A stretch of 64,000 bases of DNA from NCBI GenBank assembly GCA_041649315.1, contig JBAZNJ010000002.1, positions 128,851 to 192,850 of the forward strand, given 5' to 3'. A model generated the notes under the pieces. That model saw only the letters and a list, made by a program, of their open reading frames with translations, was not told the origin of the DNA and ran no database searches. Source of the stretch: Patescibacteria group bacterium (lineage in GTDB: Bacteria; Patescibacteriota; Patescibacteriia; Patescibacteriales; UBA12465). A program made the translations under genes and the position numbers. Positions 15,863 to 25,248 of this stretch are shown here, in pieces (the stretch's first letter is position 1; every line of letters starts with the position of its first letter).

Positions 15863-16831
15863 ATGAAAACGATTTTTAAGGGCGGCCTTAGAACGGGCGC
15901 GGGTAAGAGGCCTAAATTAATTTTAAATATTATGATTATGAAAGAAGTTTTTAATCGTTTCTGGGTAGCAGCGAAAGATCGTTTGAAATTTAAGCGGGCG
16001 CGGGCGCTTTGGGCAGGATGGCCGAAAAAGAAAAAATTATTTTTTCTTATTGGCGGTCCCCTGATTATTTTTGTTGTTGGAGTCCTTATTTACTATTCTT
16101 TGGCTTTAACTTTAGTTAGCGCCGGTGAAGTCCGCTTGGCGGCTTTAAAAGAATCTTATGAGAAAGAAGAAATCTGCCATGAGGCCTGTGCTCTGGCGCG
16201 GCGCGGGATTAGTGATAAAATTACTGAAATATTAGCGGAAGATAAGGGGATGGATTCAAAAACTACCCGGCGTCTGCGCGCTTATTTTTTGGATGAAAAT
16301 TTAGATTTGAAATTCCGGGCGGAATTAGCCGCGATTCTTTTCCGGGCAACGGGGCCGGGAAATCCGCCAGAATATGTTTTTGAATATTTGGTTACGGGCG
16401 CGGAAGATTATTTGCGGGCGGCCATAATTAATATTTACGGCTTGGATCCGGAAATTGCTTTTTTGTTTTTAGATTCCGAAGAAAAGATAGAAATAAAATT
16501 AGCCGCTATCCGGGCTTTAAGCAATTATCCGGATAAGCAAGGAACCTTTTCCGCGGCGCAGTTGGCGCTAATCCGCGGCTTAGCGCTTGATTCGGCGACT
16601 GATCAACGTTTGCGCCAGCCCTTAGTTCTTTTATTGAGCGATTATTATCCATTATTTCCCGAAGAAACCAGAGAGCTTCTAAAAGTAATTTATGATAGTC
16701 AAAACGCGGTTGACGAAATCAGCCGGGCTTTTGCCGCGGATCTTTATAATCGGTTTCGAGGCAATGGCGAAGAAGAATTGATTTTGCCGGAAATCAGCGA
16801 AGCGCAATGGGAAGATTATTATAATAATTAA
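15863..16831 (+). CDS. hypothetical N-terminally membrane-anchored protein with HEAT/ARM-like helical repeats (start ambiguous: 15863 or 15932)
   Basis: TM segment LFFLIGGPLIIFVVGVLIYY followed by an alpha-helical repeat region. An extended -10 box (tgttatagt, 15825-15833) favours the ATG at 15863. The ORF track's 15851 start is a TTG. Confidence 0.5.
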   Translation: MKTIFKGGLRTGAGKRPKLILNIMIMKEVFNRFWVAAKDRLKFKRARALWAGWPKKKKLFFLIGGPLIIFVVGVLIYYSLALTLVSAGEVRLAALKESYEKEEICHEACALARRGISDKITEILAEDKGMDSKTTRRLRAYFLDENLDLKFRAELAAILFRATGPGNPPEYVFEYLVTGAEDYLRAAIINIYGLDPEIAFLFLDSEEKIEIKLAAIRALSNYPDKQGTFSAAQLALIRGLALDSATDQRLRQPLVLLLSDYYPLFPEETRELLKVIYDSQNAVDEISRAFAADLYNRFRGNGEEELILPEISEAQWEDYYNN

Positions 16832-16841
16832 AAATAATTTT

Positions 16842-19800
16842 ATGAAAACCAATAAATCTTTTGTTCGCCTTATTAAAAATTTTTTAAAGGTTATCGCTGT
16901 TCTTTTTCCCTTGTTCGTGCCGGCGTTTTGCCGCGCGATGCCGCCCGGGACTTTATTATATCGGACGACTGATGGTGGGAAGATGTACGGCTATAGCGGC
17001 GATCCTTTGATTGAAGCGCCCGGCGGGATAATAAAAGGAATTAATCCTGGTCATGTCGCAATGTATATCGGTAAAGAAAATGGCGTTGATTACGTGGTTG
17101 AGGCCTTGGCCGGCGGGATTGTAAAATTGCCGGCGAAATATTTTGTTAATTTAGATCAAGGCGAGGAATTTTTAGGGGCCTTAGTGCCGGAAGCAGCTGA
17201 TGCTTTAGATCGGGCTAAGGCCGTGGCAATCGCGAAGAGTTTAGCGGAAATGAAATTGGCTTATGATTTTGATTTTAAGAAACAGAAAGGGCCGGGAAAT
17301 GGAGAATGGACTTGTGTCGGTTTAACAGAAAAGGTTTATGAAAGTGCGGCTTTGGCTAATCCGAATAATTTAACGACTTTGGAATATGACCCGAATAAGT
17401 ATGCGGTTGATATTACGCCCGACGGTTTTGATAATTATAGTTTTATAAATAAGGCCGGCGATTGTTTTTCCCGAGAATATGAATTTTCTAAAATTTCTCG
17501 GCGTGAGGATTTGCTTTTGCCGGCGCCGGAATTAGTCGGTTTTAACGCCGGCCTGGAATATGAGGGCGAGCGTTATATTTTTCTGCCCTATACCCAGTTT
17601 CTCCAGCCGACCTTAAAAGAAGTAGCGGTTGATATTGATATTGCCTCTTCTTTTTCCGGCGAGGAAATCCGGGGTAAAGCTAAAAGCGCCGGAATAATCT
17701 TGCGGTGGAGTTTAATTAATAATCCTTTATCTTCCTTGAAAATAGCGGTTAAAGAAGCTAAAGATTCGGTTAGCGCGGTTGTTTCAAAAATAAGCCAAAA
17801 GCTATTCGGCGATGATTCAACGGGCGGCCTAGTTCTGGGCGGAGATGATTTAGCAGGGGCCGATACGGACGCTAAAACGAAAACCGCGTCGGCCGCCAGC
17901 GCGACAAAAGAAAAGAATGGCCTTAAAATTATAGTGAATAAAGCCGGACCGACAGTTGGGCGCGGGGCGTCCGGGTCTTGGGGGGAAGAAACGGGGTCAG
18001 AGTCGGAGAATAAGGAGTCGGAGGGCGCTTTAAAAAAGACGGGTAGCGGCGGTTCGGGAAGCGCGGATAGTAAAAACTCGGTTAAAACAACATTGACGAT
18101 AAAAGAAGCGATCGCCGCCTTATATGATCCGCCGGGAATTAAAGAAGCTCTAGCTGCGGTCACGGAAAAAACCGAAGTTGAAGAAAAAGAAGCGCTTGAA
18201 GAAGAAGCCGGTTTAGCGGCTAATGAAATTTATCCGGCTTCGGGCTCAACTGGTGGCGGCTCAAGTTATCAAGAAAATATTGTCTGGCCGGAAATTTTAA
18301 TTAACCGGATTTACGCGACCGGTGATAATGATTGGGTTGAGCTTTATAATCCGACCGATTCTGATTTTGATTTGGCCGCGGCCGGATATCGTTTAGAAAG
18401 AACAAAGACGGCCGAAGATCCGTCGCTGGCGATGCGAATAGGTGAAGTCGCGGACGGGACTTATCCCGGCGGAACGATCATAAAAGCTAAGAGCTATTAT
18501 TTAATTGTCCGTGATGAGGCCAGTGATTACTACCGGAATCAGGCTGATGCGATCGCGACGCGGGATGAATTTTCCTGGACCGGCTCCGGTTATACTTTAT
18601 ATTTAGGTTTAGGCGCGATAAGTTCAAGCGGTGATTCTGATCTTATTGACGCGGTCGGTTATGGCGCGGACGCGACTTATTTCCAAGGGAACGGTCCGGC
18701 TCCGGAAATTTCTGATAATTACGTCCTTAGCCGTTCAAGCCAATATGGCAATAATTCTCTAGATTTTTCTTTAATCTTAAGTGATGACCCGGCGGTTTTA
18801 GCCGCTTTGGCCGCGGCTGAAATAGAGAATGAGGAGGCAGGAGAAGAGGAAGGCGAAGCAGGAGATAATGCGGGAGAAGAGGGGGAAACTGGAGGGGAAG
18901 AGGAAGGGATAGAAGATGAGGGAAATAACGTTGAAGAAAGCGGTGAAGAAAATCAAGGGACCGAAGAAGAGGCCAATATCGAAACTGAATCCGGGACCGA
19001 GACCGAAGAAGCCACGGATGACGGAACCGGCTCCGGGTCTGAGGCCGAAACCGGAGCCGAAATTGAATCCGAAACCGGATCCGAAGCTGAAGCTGAAGCT
19101 GAAGCCGAGGCCCCCCTGGCTCTAATCAGTAAAATTTATGCGACTGGAAATGATGATTGGATAGAGCTTTATAATCCGACCGATTTTGATTTTGATTTGG
19201 CCGCGGCCGGCTATCGTTTGGAAAAAACTAAGACCGCTGTTGATCCGTCGTTAATTATGCGGATTGGCGATGCCGCGGATGGGACTTATCCCGGCGGGAC
19301 GATTATTAAAGCCAAAGATTATTATTTAATCGTTCGCGATGAGGCCAGTGATTATTATTTAAGCCGGGCAGACGCAATTGCGACGCGGGATGAGTTCTCC
19401 TGGACCGTTTCCGGTTATACTTTGTATTTAGGTATTGGCGCTATCAGCGCGAGTGATGATTCGGATATAATAGACGCGGTCGGTTATGGCGCGGATGCGA
19501 CTTACTTCCAAGGGAACGGTCCGGCTCCGGAAATTTCCGATAATTATTTTTTAAATCGGAGCTCTTGGAGCGGCGATAACGCGGTTGATTTTAATTTATC
19601 CCCGGCCGAAGATCCGATTGCCGCGGCCGCTTTGGCTGCGGCGTCGTCGGATGATAGCGCTCCGCCGACAGAAGAAATAGAACCGACAACAGAACTTGAA
19701 GATAAGGATGGCTTAACCTTAATTCGTTCGGACAATTTGATTAATCTCTGGCATTTTGACGAATGTTACGGCGAAGGCAGTTGGGCGGTCGGTCGCTGGG

Positions 19801-20900
19801 ATTGCGCGCGGGCAGTCGGGGGATATAATGACGACTTTTCCGCGGCTCTTTCCCCGGCGGCCGATCTTAATGGTTTTTCTTTAGCGCTTAATTATAAAAA
19901 AGCGGGCAATAGTCCGCGTTTGACCATAAATTTAAAAAATGATGAAGAAAATAGGGTTATTTTTACTTTAGAATCTGGTTTGATAACGGTTAAGGGATTG
20001 CCGGAGACAGAAGGGCGCTATTATCTTGATGTCCCTTTCGGTGAAGAATGGCATCAGGCCGTTTTAACCGTTAATTGGGAAAAAGATTACTGGGCGGTTT
20101 ATATAGACGGAGAAGAGCGTATCAGGGAGTCGTTTATGGCGGCGTTGCCAATAATTAATGCTTTAAGCGCCGGCGGTACGGCCGGAGCGGTTTTAATGGA
20201 TGAGGTCGCGGTTTGGAATCGTCCTTTAAGCGGCACGGAAATTGCTTTTATTAATAACTCGGTTGCGCCGTTTAGTCCTTTAACTCCTCGCGAAGCGAAA
20301 ATTATTCCGGAGCTTAAATATCATTGGAATTTTTCCGAGGGTACGGGTGAGACGGCTCTAGATAATGTTAGCGGTGCGACGCTTGATTTGCCGGGCGGCG
20401 CCTGGACGGCGCGGGCTCATGACAATTATGCCTTGAGCACGGTTTACAACAAGATTTACGCGGCCGATTTTCCGAGCGCTTTAGTTTCCCGGGATATTTC
20501 TTTAACTTTTTGGTGGCGTAATAGCGCTTATCCACAGGAAGGCCGAGCTAATATTTTTCTCGGTAATCATATTTTTTCCTTATTAACGAATTATTATCGG
20601 CCGGCTTATTGGTTTAATGATTCTTACGGAATAATCAGCCAGGGAGCGGATATAACTATTCCGAATGACGATGCTTGGCATCATTTAGCTCTTGTTTATG
20701 ATTCTCATGACTATCGTCTTAGATTTTATGTGGACGGGGAAGAAACAAAAGCTATTCCTTTAATCTGGTGGCCGCCGGAAACCGCGATTCAGGATCTTAA
20801 GATTACCAGCGATGGACAAAGTTCGGCCCTTGACGACCTTAAAATCTGGCGCGGCGCTTTAAGCGCGGAACAGGTTAGGGAAATATACGCTAATAATTAA
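16842..20900 (+). CDS. giant secreted multidomain protein: permuted-papain (Peptidase_C92/YiiX-like) amidase, two lamin-tail domains, and two LamG/concanavalin-like domains
   Basis: N-terminal signal/anchor. GHVAMYIGKENGVDYVVEA ... YDFDFKKQKGPGNGEWTCVGLTEKVYESA shows the His-before-Cys order of the C92 family. Two LTD copies carry DWVELYNPTDSDFDLAAAGYRLE. Acidic E/G/T linkers join the domains. LamG-like WHHLALVYDSHDYRLRFYVDGEE and LSGTEIAFINN are also present. Confidence 0.75.
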   Translation: MKTNKSFVRLIKNFLKVIAVLFPLFVPAFCRAMPPGTLLYRTTDGGKMYGYSGDPLIEAPGGIIKGINPGHVAMYIGKENGVDYVVEALAGGIVKLPAKYFVNLDQGEEFLGALVPEAADALDRAKAVAIAKSLAEMKLAYDFDFKKQKGPGNGEWTCVGLTEKVYESAALANPNNLTTLEYDPNKYAVDITPDGFDNYSFINKAGDCFSREYEFSKISRREDLLLPAPELVGFNAGLEYEGERYIFLPYTQFLQPTLKEVAVDIDIASSFSGEEIRGKAKSAGIILRWSLINNPLSSLKIAVKEAKDSVSAVVSKISQKLFGDDSTGGLVLGGDDLAGADTDAKTKTASAASATKEKNGLKIIVNKAGPTVGRGASGSWGEETGSESENKESEGALKKTGSGGSGSADSKNSVKTTLTIKEAIAALYDPPGIKEALAAVTEKTEVEEKEALEEEAGLAANEIYPASGSTGGGSSYQENIVWPEILINRIYATGDNDWVELYNPTDSDFDLAAAGYRLERTKTAEDPSLAMRIGEVADGTYPGGTIIKAKSYYLIVRDEASDYYRNQADAIATRDEFSWTGSGYTLYLGLGAISSSGDSDLIDAVGYGADATYFQGNGPAPEISDNYVLSRSSQYGNNSLDFSLILSDDPAVLAALAAAEIENEEAGEEEGEAGDNAGEEGETGGEEEGIEDEGNNVEESGEENQGTEEEANIETESGTETEEATDDGTGSGSEAETGAEIESETGSEAEAEAEAEAPLALISKIYATGNDDWIELYNPTDFDFDLAAAGYRLEKTKTAVDPSLIMRIGDAADGTYPGGTIIKAKDYYLIVRDEASDYYLSRADAIATRDEFSWTVSGYTLYLGIGAISASDDSDIIDAVGYGADATYFQGNGPAPEISDNYFLNRSSWSGDNAVDFNLSPAEDPIAAAALAAASSDDSAPPTEEIEPTTELEDKDGLTLIRSDNLINLWHFDECYGEGSWAVGRWDCARAVGGYNDDFSAALSPAADLNGFSLALNYKKAGNSPRLTINLKNDEENRVIFTLESGLITVKGLPETEGRYYLDVPFGEEWHQAVLTVNWEKDYWAVYIDGEERIRESFMAALPIINALSAGGTAGAVLMDEVAVWNRPLSGTEIAFINNSVAPFSPLTPREAKIIPELKYHWNFSEGTGETALDNVSGATLDLPGGAWTARAHDNYALSTVYNKIYAADFPSALVSRDISLTFWWRNSAYPQEGRANIFLGNHIFSLLTNYYRPAYWFNDSYGIISQGADITIPNDDAWHHLALVYDSHDYRLRFYVDGEETKAIPLIWWPPETAIQDLKITSDGQSSALDDLKIWRGALSAEQVREIYANN
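18309..18818 (+). repeat. intragenic duplicate A (lamin-tail domain module, about 510 nt)
   Basis: Aligns colinearly at nucleotide level with 19133-19643 (offset about 824 nt), with many identical runs, e.g. gagctttataatccgaccgatt and ccaagggaacggtccggctccggaaattt. Confidence 0.85.
19133..19643 (+). repeat. intragenic duplicate B (lamin-tail domain module)
   Basis: See copy A. It is preceded by a GAAGCT microsatellite (19083-19106, encoding EAEAEAEA). Confidence 0.85.
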
Positions 20901-20901
20901 G

Positions 20902-20930
20902 AAAAAAAGCCGCGTTCAGCGGTTTTTTTC
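20902..20930 (+). terminator. intrinsic terminator
   Basis: aaaaaaagccgc gttca gcggttttttt. Confidence 0.75.
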
Positions 20931-20966
20931 TTGCTTTTTTTTGTCTTTTATTGTACTATTTTAAAC

Positions 20967-21389
20967 GTTATCGAGGTAAGCGGGCGATCGCTCCGTTTTT
21001 TAAATAGTTCGCTGTTTAAAAGGGGGAGAGGAAAGTCCGGACTCCAAAAACAGGATAGTGGGTAACGCCCACCGGTCCGCCAACGAGCGGATTAGGGATA
21101 GCGCCACAGAGACAATACTAATTCCGGAATATTTAAACGGAATAAAAGGTGAAAAGAAATCGGGTGCGTTGAGCGCGGCTTCGGCCGGGTAAAGCGCTAC
21201 CGTTTTCGGCCTCCGGCGACGGAGAGACCGCGGCAAGCCCTATCTTGGAGCAAGAGCAAACTCGTTTTATTTTTAGCTTCGGCTGATTATAAAGCGAAGA
21301 CAAGTAGCTCGCTTGAGCCCTTTGGCAACATCGGGCCTTAGATAAATGATCGCTTAGAACAGAATCCGGCTTACGGCTGCCTTGATAAC
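20967..21389 (+). ncRNA. rnpB: RNase P RNA, bacterial type A
   Basis: Universal P4 strands gagaggaaagtccggactcc (about 21028) and acagaatccggcttac (about 21358). The gggtaacgcc motif is present. P1 pairs gttatcgagg (20967-20976) with ccttgataac (21380-21389). Confidence 0.9.
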
Positions 21390-21419
21390 TTTAGTTTATC
21401 AGCGCTTGGCGCTTCATAT

Positions 21420-22841
21420 ATGAAAACAAGAAAAATCGAATCTTTTTTTTCCGTGCTTTTTGTGCCTTTGGATTTTATCCTCGTGGTTTTGGCCGGAGTT
21501 TCCGCTTATTATTTAAGATTCTCTGAATGGTCGGTGAGCATCCGCCCGGCAATTTTTAATTTGCCATTTGCCGGTTATTTTAAATCTCTGCTCTTAATGG
21601 CGCTTCTTTGGCTGATAATTTTTGCCATTGCCGGATTATATCAGATTCGCAGCGCGCATCAGATCGCTCAGGAGCTTAAAAAAATATTTTTAGCCTGCTC
21701 GACCGGTTTAGCTTTAGTAGCGATTATAATCTTTTTCCAGCGCGATCTTTTTGATTCGCGTTTTATTGTTTTAGCCGGTTGGCTCCTGGCAACTGTTTAT
21801 CTTAGCTTGAGCCATATTATCGTCCGCTGGATAGAACGCCGTTTGCTTATTTTCGGAATTGGCGTTCATAAAGTCATCTTAGTCGGCGATTCTAAAACTA
21901 CGGATAATCTGATGGCGGAGTTTTCCCGCAATCGTCGGTCCGGTTTTGAAGTTATTAAACGGGTACGGGATTTTTCTTTAGAAACTGCCCAGGAATTGAT
22001 TGATTTTATAAAAGATCGGGAGGTCGATGAGATAATCCAGAGTGATCCTAATTTAAGTAAGATTGAAACCTTGCGGCTTTATGATTTTGCTAATGAAAAC
22101 CATATTACTTTTAAATACGTAGCCGATCTTCTAGAAGTGAAAGTGCTACGAACGGAAGTGGCGGAAATAATCGGTATTCCGGTCGTGGAAGTTAAACGGA
22201 CGACTTTGGACGGCTGGGGCCGGATTTTTAAAAGAATTTTTGATGTTATTTTTTCCGGATTATTTATTTTAATCTTATCGCCGATAATCCTTTTAACCAT
22301 GTTAGCGATTAAGCTTGATTCGCGCGGTCCGGTTTTCTTTTCGCGTCGCGATGACGGCACCCCGGTTACCCGGGTCGGAGAAGGCGGTCAGCCCTTCCGT
22401 TATTTTAAATTCCGTTCCATGATTCCGAATTCCGACAGCATGCGCTATAAAGAATTAGCCGAACATAATCTGCGGACCGACGGTCCGATGGTTAAGATTA
22501 AGGACGACCCGCGGATTACTCGCGTCGGGAAATTTATTCGCCGCTGGTCAATTGATGAATTACCGGAATTATTTTTGGTTTTTAGCGGCCGGATGAGCTT
22601 AGTCGGACCGCGGCCGCATTTACCGGAAGAAGTCGCGAAGTATGAAAATTATCATCGGAAAACTTTGACGATCAAACCGGGGATTACCGGCTTAGCTCAG
22701 GTATCGGGTCGGAGCGATTTACCTTTTGAAGAAGAAGCGAAGCTCGACATTTATTATATTGAAAATTGGTCCATGCTTTTAGATATTTCTATTTTATTAA
22801 GAACGCCTTTCGCGGTTATTAAGCATCGGGAAGCGGAATAA
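21420..22841 (+). CDS. polyprenyl-phosphate hexose-1-phosphate transferase (WbaP/bacterial sugar transferase family, priming enzyme)
   Basis: N-terminal TM bundle plus the C-terminal PF02397-type core RIFDVIFSGLFILILSPIILL, FKFRSM, DELPELFLVFSGRMSLVGPRP, KPGITGLAQVSGRS. Confidence 0.85.
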   Translation: MKTRKIESFFSVLFVPLDFILVVLAGVSAYYLRFSEWSVSIRPAIFNLPFAGYFKSLLLMALLWLIIFAIAGLYQIRSAHQIAQELKKIFLACSTGLALVAIIIFFQRDLFDSRFIVLAGWLLATVYLSLSHIIVRWIERRLLIFGIGVHKVILVGDSKTTDNLMAEFSRNRRSGFEVIKRVRDFSLETAQELIDFIKDREVDEIIQSDPNLSKIETLRLYDFANENHITFKYVADLLEVKVLRTEVAEIIGIPVVEVKRTTLDGWGRIFKRIFDVIFSGLFILILSPIILLTMLAIKLDSRGPVFFSRRDDGTPVTRVGEGGQPFRYFKFRSMIPNSDSMRYKELAEHNLRTDGPMVKIKDDPRITRVGKFIRRWSIDELPELFLVFSGRMSLVGPRPHLPEEVAKYENYHRKTLTIKPGITGLAQVSGRSDLPFEEEAKLDIYYIENWSMLLDISILLRTPFAVIKHREAE

Positions 22842-22918
22842 AGATAAATAAGTTTTTGAATTGCGGTTGATAAATATCGGAAAACGAGAAATAATAAATT
22901 ATAAAGAAAGATTTAATT

Positions 22919-24022
22919 ATGAGAGTTGCTCTAATTCATGATCATCTAGCTCAAGACGGCGGGGCTGAAAAAGTGTTGCAGGTTTTAGCCGGCATGTTTC
23001 CGGAGGCGCCGATTTATACTTTGCTTAGCGAGCGGAAGCAGGTTGATAAATATTTTCCGGGCCGGCGGATTGAAACCTCAATTATCCAGAAATTGCCGGG
23101 CGGCGTTAAGCATTATCAATGGTATTTAGCTTTTATGCCCATGGCCGTGGAGTTTTTTGATTTGCGTGGCTATGATTTGGTAATTTCCGATTCAAGTTCT
23201 TTTGCCAAAGGCGTGATTACCCGGCCGGACTGCCTGCATATTGATTATTGCCATACGCCGACGCGCTATCTTTGGAGCGACACGCATCAATATATCAATG
23301 AGCTTAAATATAATCGTTGGTTTAAGAAAATAATTTCCATGGTCTTGAACCGGATCCGGATCTGGGATCGGGCGGCGGCTCAGCGGCCGGACATTATGAT
23401 CGCTAATTCAGAAACGATCAAGCAAAGAATTTTTAAATATTATCGCCGGGAAGCGGTCGTGATTTATCCGCCGGTTGAAGTTGATAAGTTTAAAGTTGCG
23501 GAAACAAAAAGCGCCGAGGAAGAATATTTTTTAGCCGGTTGCCGTTTGGCCCCGTATAAACGTATTGATTTAGTTGTTGAGGCCTTTAAGCAATTAGGTC
23601 AGGAATATAAATTAAAGATTTTTGGCGATGGCGTTGATTTGAAGCGCTTGAAAAAAATTTCTGCCGGAGCCGGCAATATTGAATTTTTAGGACGGGTGAA
23701 CGAGGAGGAGAAGATTAAGCTATTTCAGCGCGCTCAGGCTTTTATTAATCCTCAAGAAGAAGATTTCGGGATTACCGCGGTTGAGTCCATGGCCGCCGGC
23801 CGGCCGGTTATCGCTTATAAAAAAGGCGGCGCGACCGAGACCGTAATTGAAGGAAAGACCGGGATATTTTTTGACGAGCAGACGCCGCCGGCGTTAGCCA
23901 AAGCGATTAAGAATTTCCGGGCGGCGGATTTTGATTCGGCGGAAATCTGTCAGCAGGCCGAAAAATTTTCCGTGGAGAATTTTAAGAATAGGTTAAGGGA
24001 GCTAATAGATAGTAAGTTATGA
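22919..24022 (+). CDS. glycosyltransferase family 4 (GT-B, retaining)
   Basis: C-terminal GT1/GT4 signature EEDFGITAVESMAAGRPVIAYKKGGATETV. Confidence 0.8.
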   Translation: MRVALIHDHLAQDGGAEKVLQVLAGMFPEAPIYTLLSERKQVDKYFPGRRIETSIIQKLPGGVKHYQWYLAFMPMAVEFFDLRGYDLVISDSSSFAKGVITRPDCLHIDYCHTPTRYLWSDTHQYINELKYNRWFKKIISMVLNRIRIWDRAAAQRPDIMIANSETIKQRIFKYYRREAVVIYPPVEVDKFKVAETKSAEEEYFLAGCRLAPYKRIDLVVEAFKQLGQEYKLKIFGDGVDLKRLKKISAGAGNIEFLGRVNEEEKIKLFQRAQAFINPQEEDFGITAVESMAAGRPVIAYKKGGATETVIEGKTGIFFDEQTPPALAKAIKNFRAADFDSAEICQQAEKFSVENFKNRLRELIDSKL

Positions 24023-25245
24023 AAATCGGTATCGACATCAGAGTTTTAATGGATAAGCAATATAGCGGCATATCAGAATATACCGCTAATTTATTGTCTG
24101 TAATTTTACGTCGAAATGAAGACGCGGTCGCGCCGGATGATTATGTTTTATTTTATAACTCCTTCCATGATTTAAGTAGCCGTTTAGATAAATGGTCCGG
24201 CGCTCATGCTCGGGTAATCGCGACGCGTTGGCCGAACAAGATTTTTAATTATCTACTCCAGAAAACCTTGGCTTGGCCGAAGATTGATAAGGTTTTGGGC
24301 GGGGTCGATCTATTCTGGTCGCCGCATTTTAATTTTACCCGGTTAAGCTCCGCGCCAATCGGCCCGAAGAAAATTATCACCGTTCATGATCTTTCTTTTC
24401 TCCGCTATCCGGAATTTTTTTCCGGACGGAAAAATTTTTGGCATCGCGCTTTAAGCATTAAAAAAACTTTGCGCGCCGCCGATAAGATTATCGCAATTTC
24501 AGAAAATACTAAAAATGATCTAATCGAACTCATCGGCATCGCGCCGGAAAAAATAAAAGTAATTTATTCCGGGAATAATTATTCAGTAAAAATTAATAAT
24601 TCCGCGGAAGACAGGAAAAATAATGGCACCGTAGTTGAAGAAATTAAAGATGATATTAAGAATAAGATTAAAGATGAAATTAGAGATATTGCTGATGGCC
24701 GTTTTATTCTATATCTAGGCAATATTGAACCGCGTAAAAATGTTGACGGTTTAATCAAAGCTTATGACCGCCTGCGTTCTGATGACCGGTCCGGCCGTTT
24801 TAAAGATTTGAAATTGGTGATTGCCGGAGCCAAGGCCTGGAAGAACCGCGCCGCTTATCTGGCGCAAAAAAAATCGTCTTATTGTAATGATATTAAATTT
24901 TTAGGTTATGTTAGCCAAAAAGATAAAGAAATTTTAATGGCTTCAGCTGTGGTTTTCTGTTACCCCTCTTTTTATGAAGGCTTTGGATTCCCGCCGCTTG
25001 AAGCGATGTCGGCCGGAACACCGGTTGTTTGTTCTAATGTTTCAAGTTTGCCGGAAGTTGTCGGCGATGCCGCCTTGACGGTTAATCCGTTTAAGATTGA
25101 AGAAATTGTCGAGGCCTTGCGCTTAGTTTTAAGCGATGAAAAATTACGGCAAAAATTAATAGAGCGCGGACATCGACAGGCGGCGTTATTCTCCTGGGAT
25201 AAAGCGGCAGGAGAATATTTGGAGTTATTCCAGAAGCTTAAATGA
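24019..25245 (+). CDS. glycosyltransferase family 4
   Basis: YEGFGFPPLEAMSAGTPVVCSNVSSLPEVVGDAA. 4-bp ATGA overlap with the upstream GT. Confidence 0.8.
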   Translation: MKIGIDIRVLMDKQYSGISEYTANLLSVILRRNEDAVAPDDYVLFYNSFHDLSSRLDKWSGAHARVIATRWPNKIFNYLLQKTLAWPKIDKVLGGVDLFWSPHFNFTRLSSAPIGPKKIITVHDLSFLRYPEFFSGRKNFWHRALSIKKTLRAADKIIAISENTKNDLIELIGIAPEKIKVIYSGNNYSVKINNSAEDRKNNGTVVEEIKDDIKNKIKDEIRDIADGRFILYLGNIEPRKNVDGLIKAYDRLRSDDRSGRFKDLKLVIAGAKAWKNRAAYLAQKKSSYCNDIKFLGYVSQKDKEILMASAVVFCYPSFYEGFGFPPLEAMSAGTPVVCSNVSSLPEVVGDAALTVNPFKIEEIVEALRLVLSDEKLRQKLIERGHRQAALFSWDKAAGEYLELFQKLK

Positions 25246-25248
25246 CTT

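Noticed and set aside
17588-18163. Long antisense ORFs inside large genes: 17588-18163 (-), 9566-10018 (-), 57253-57642 (-), 58657-59073 (-), 58019-58381 (-), 42385-42768 (+), 53684-54091 (-), 38813-39166 (-), 5373-5718 (-).
   Set aside because: Each lies fully opposite a gene with strong family motifs. They have low-complexity, Ser/Arg/Ala-rich, non-protein-like translations and no start context. Such ORFs are typical artefacts of GC-richer coding regions.
18309-19643. The LTD duplicates as template/variable repeats of a diversity-generating retroelement.
   Set aside because: No reverse transcriptase lies nearby. The differences between the copies involve all four bases rather than adenine-specific substitutions. 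Both copies are in-frame domains of one protein.
21000-21236. 78-aa minus-strand ORF.
   Set aside because: It overlaps RNase P RNA, which is identified by its universal P4 and GGTAACGCC motifs.
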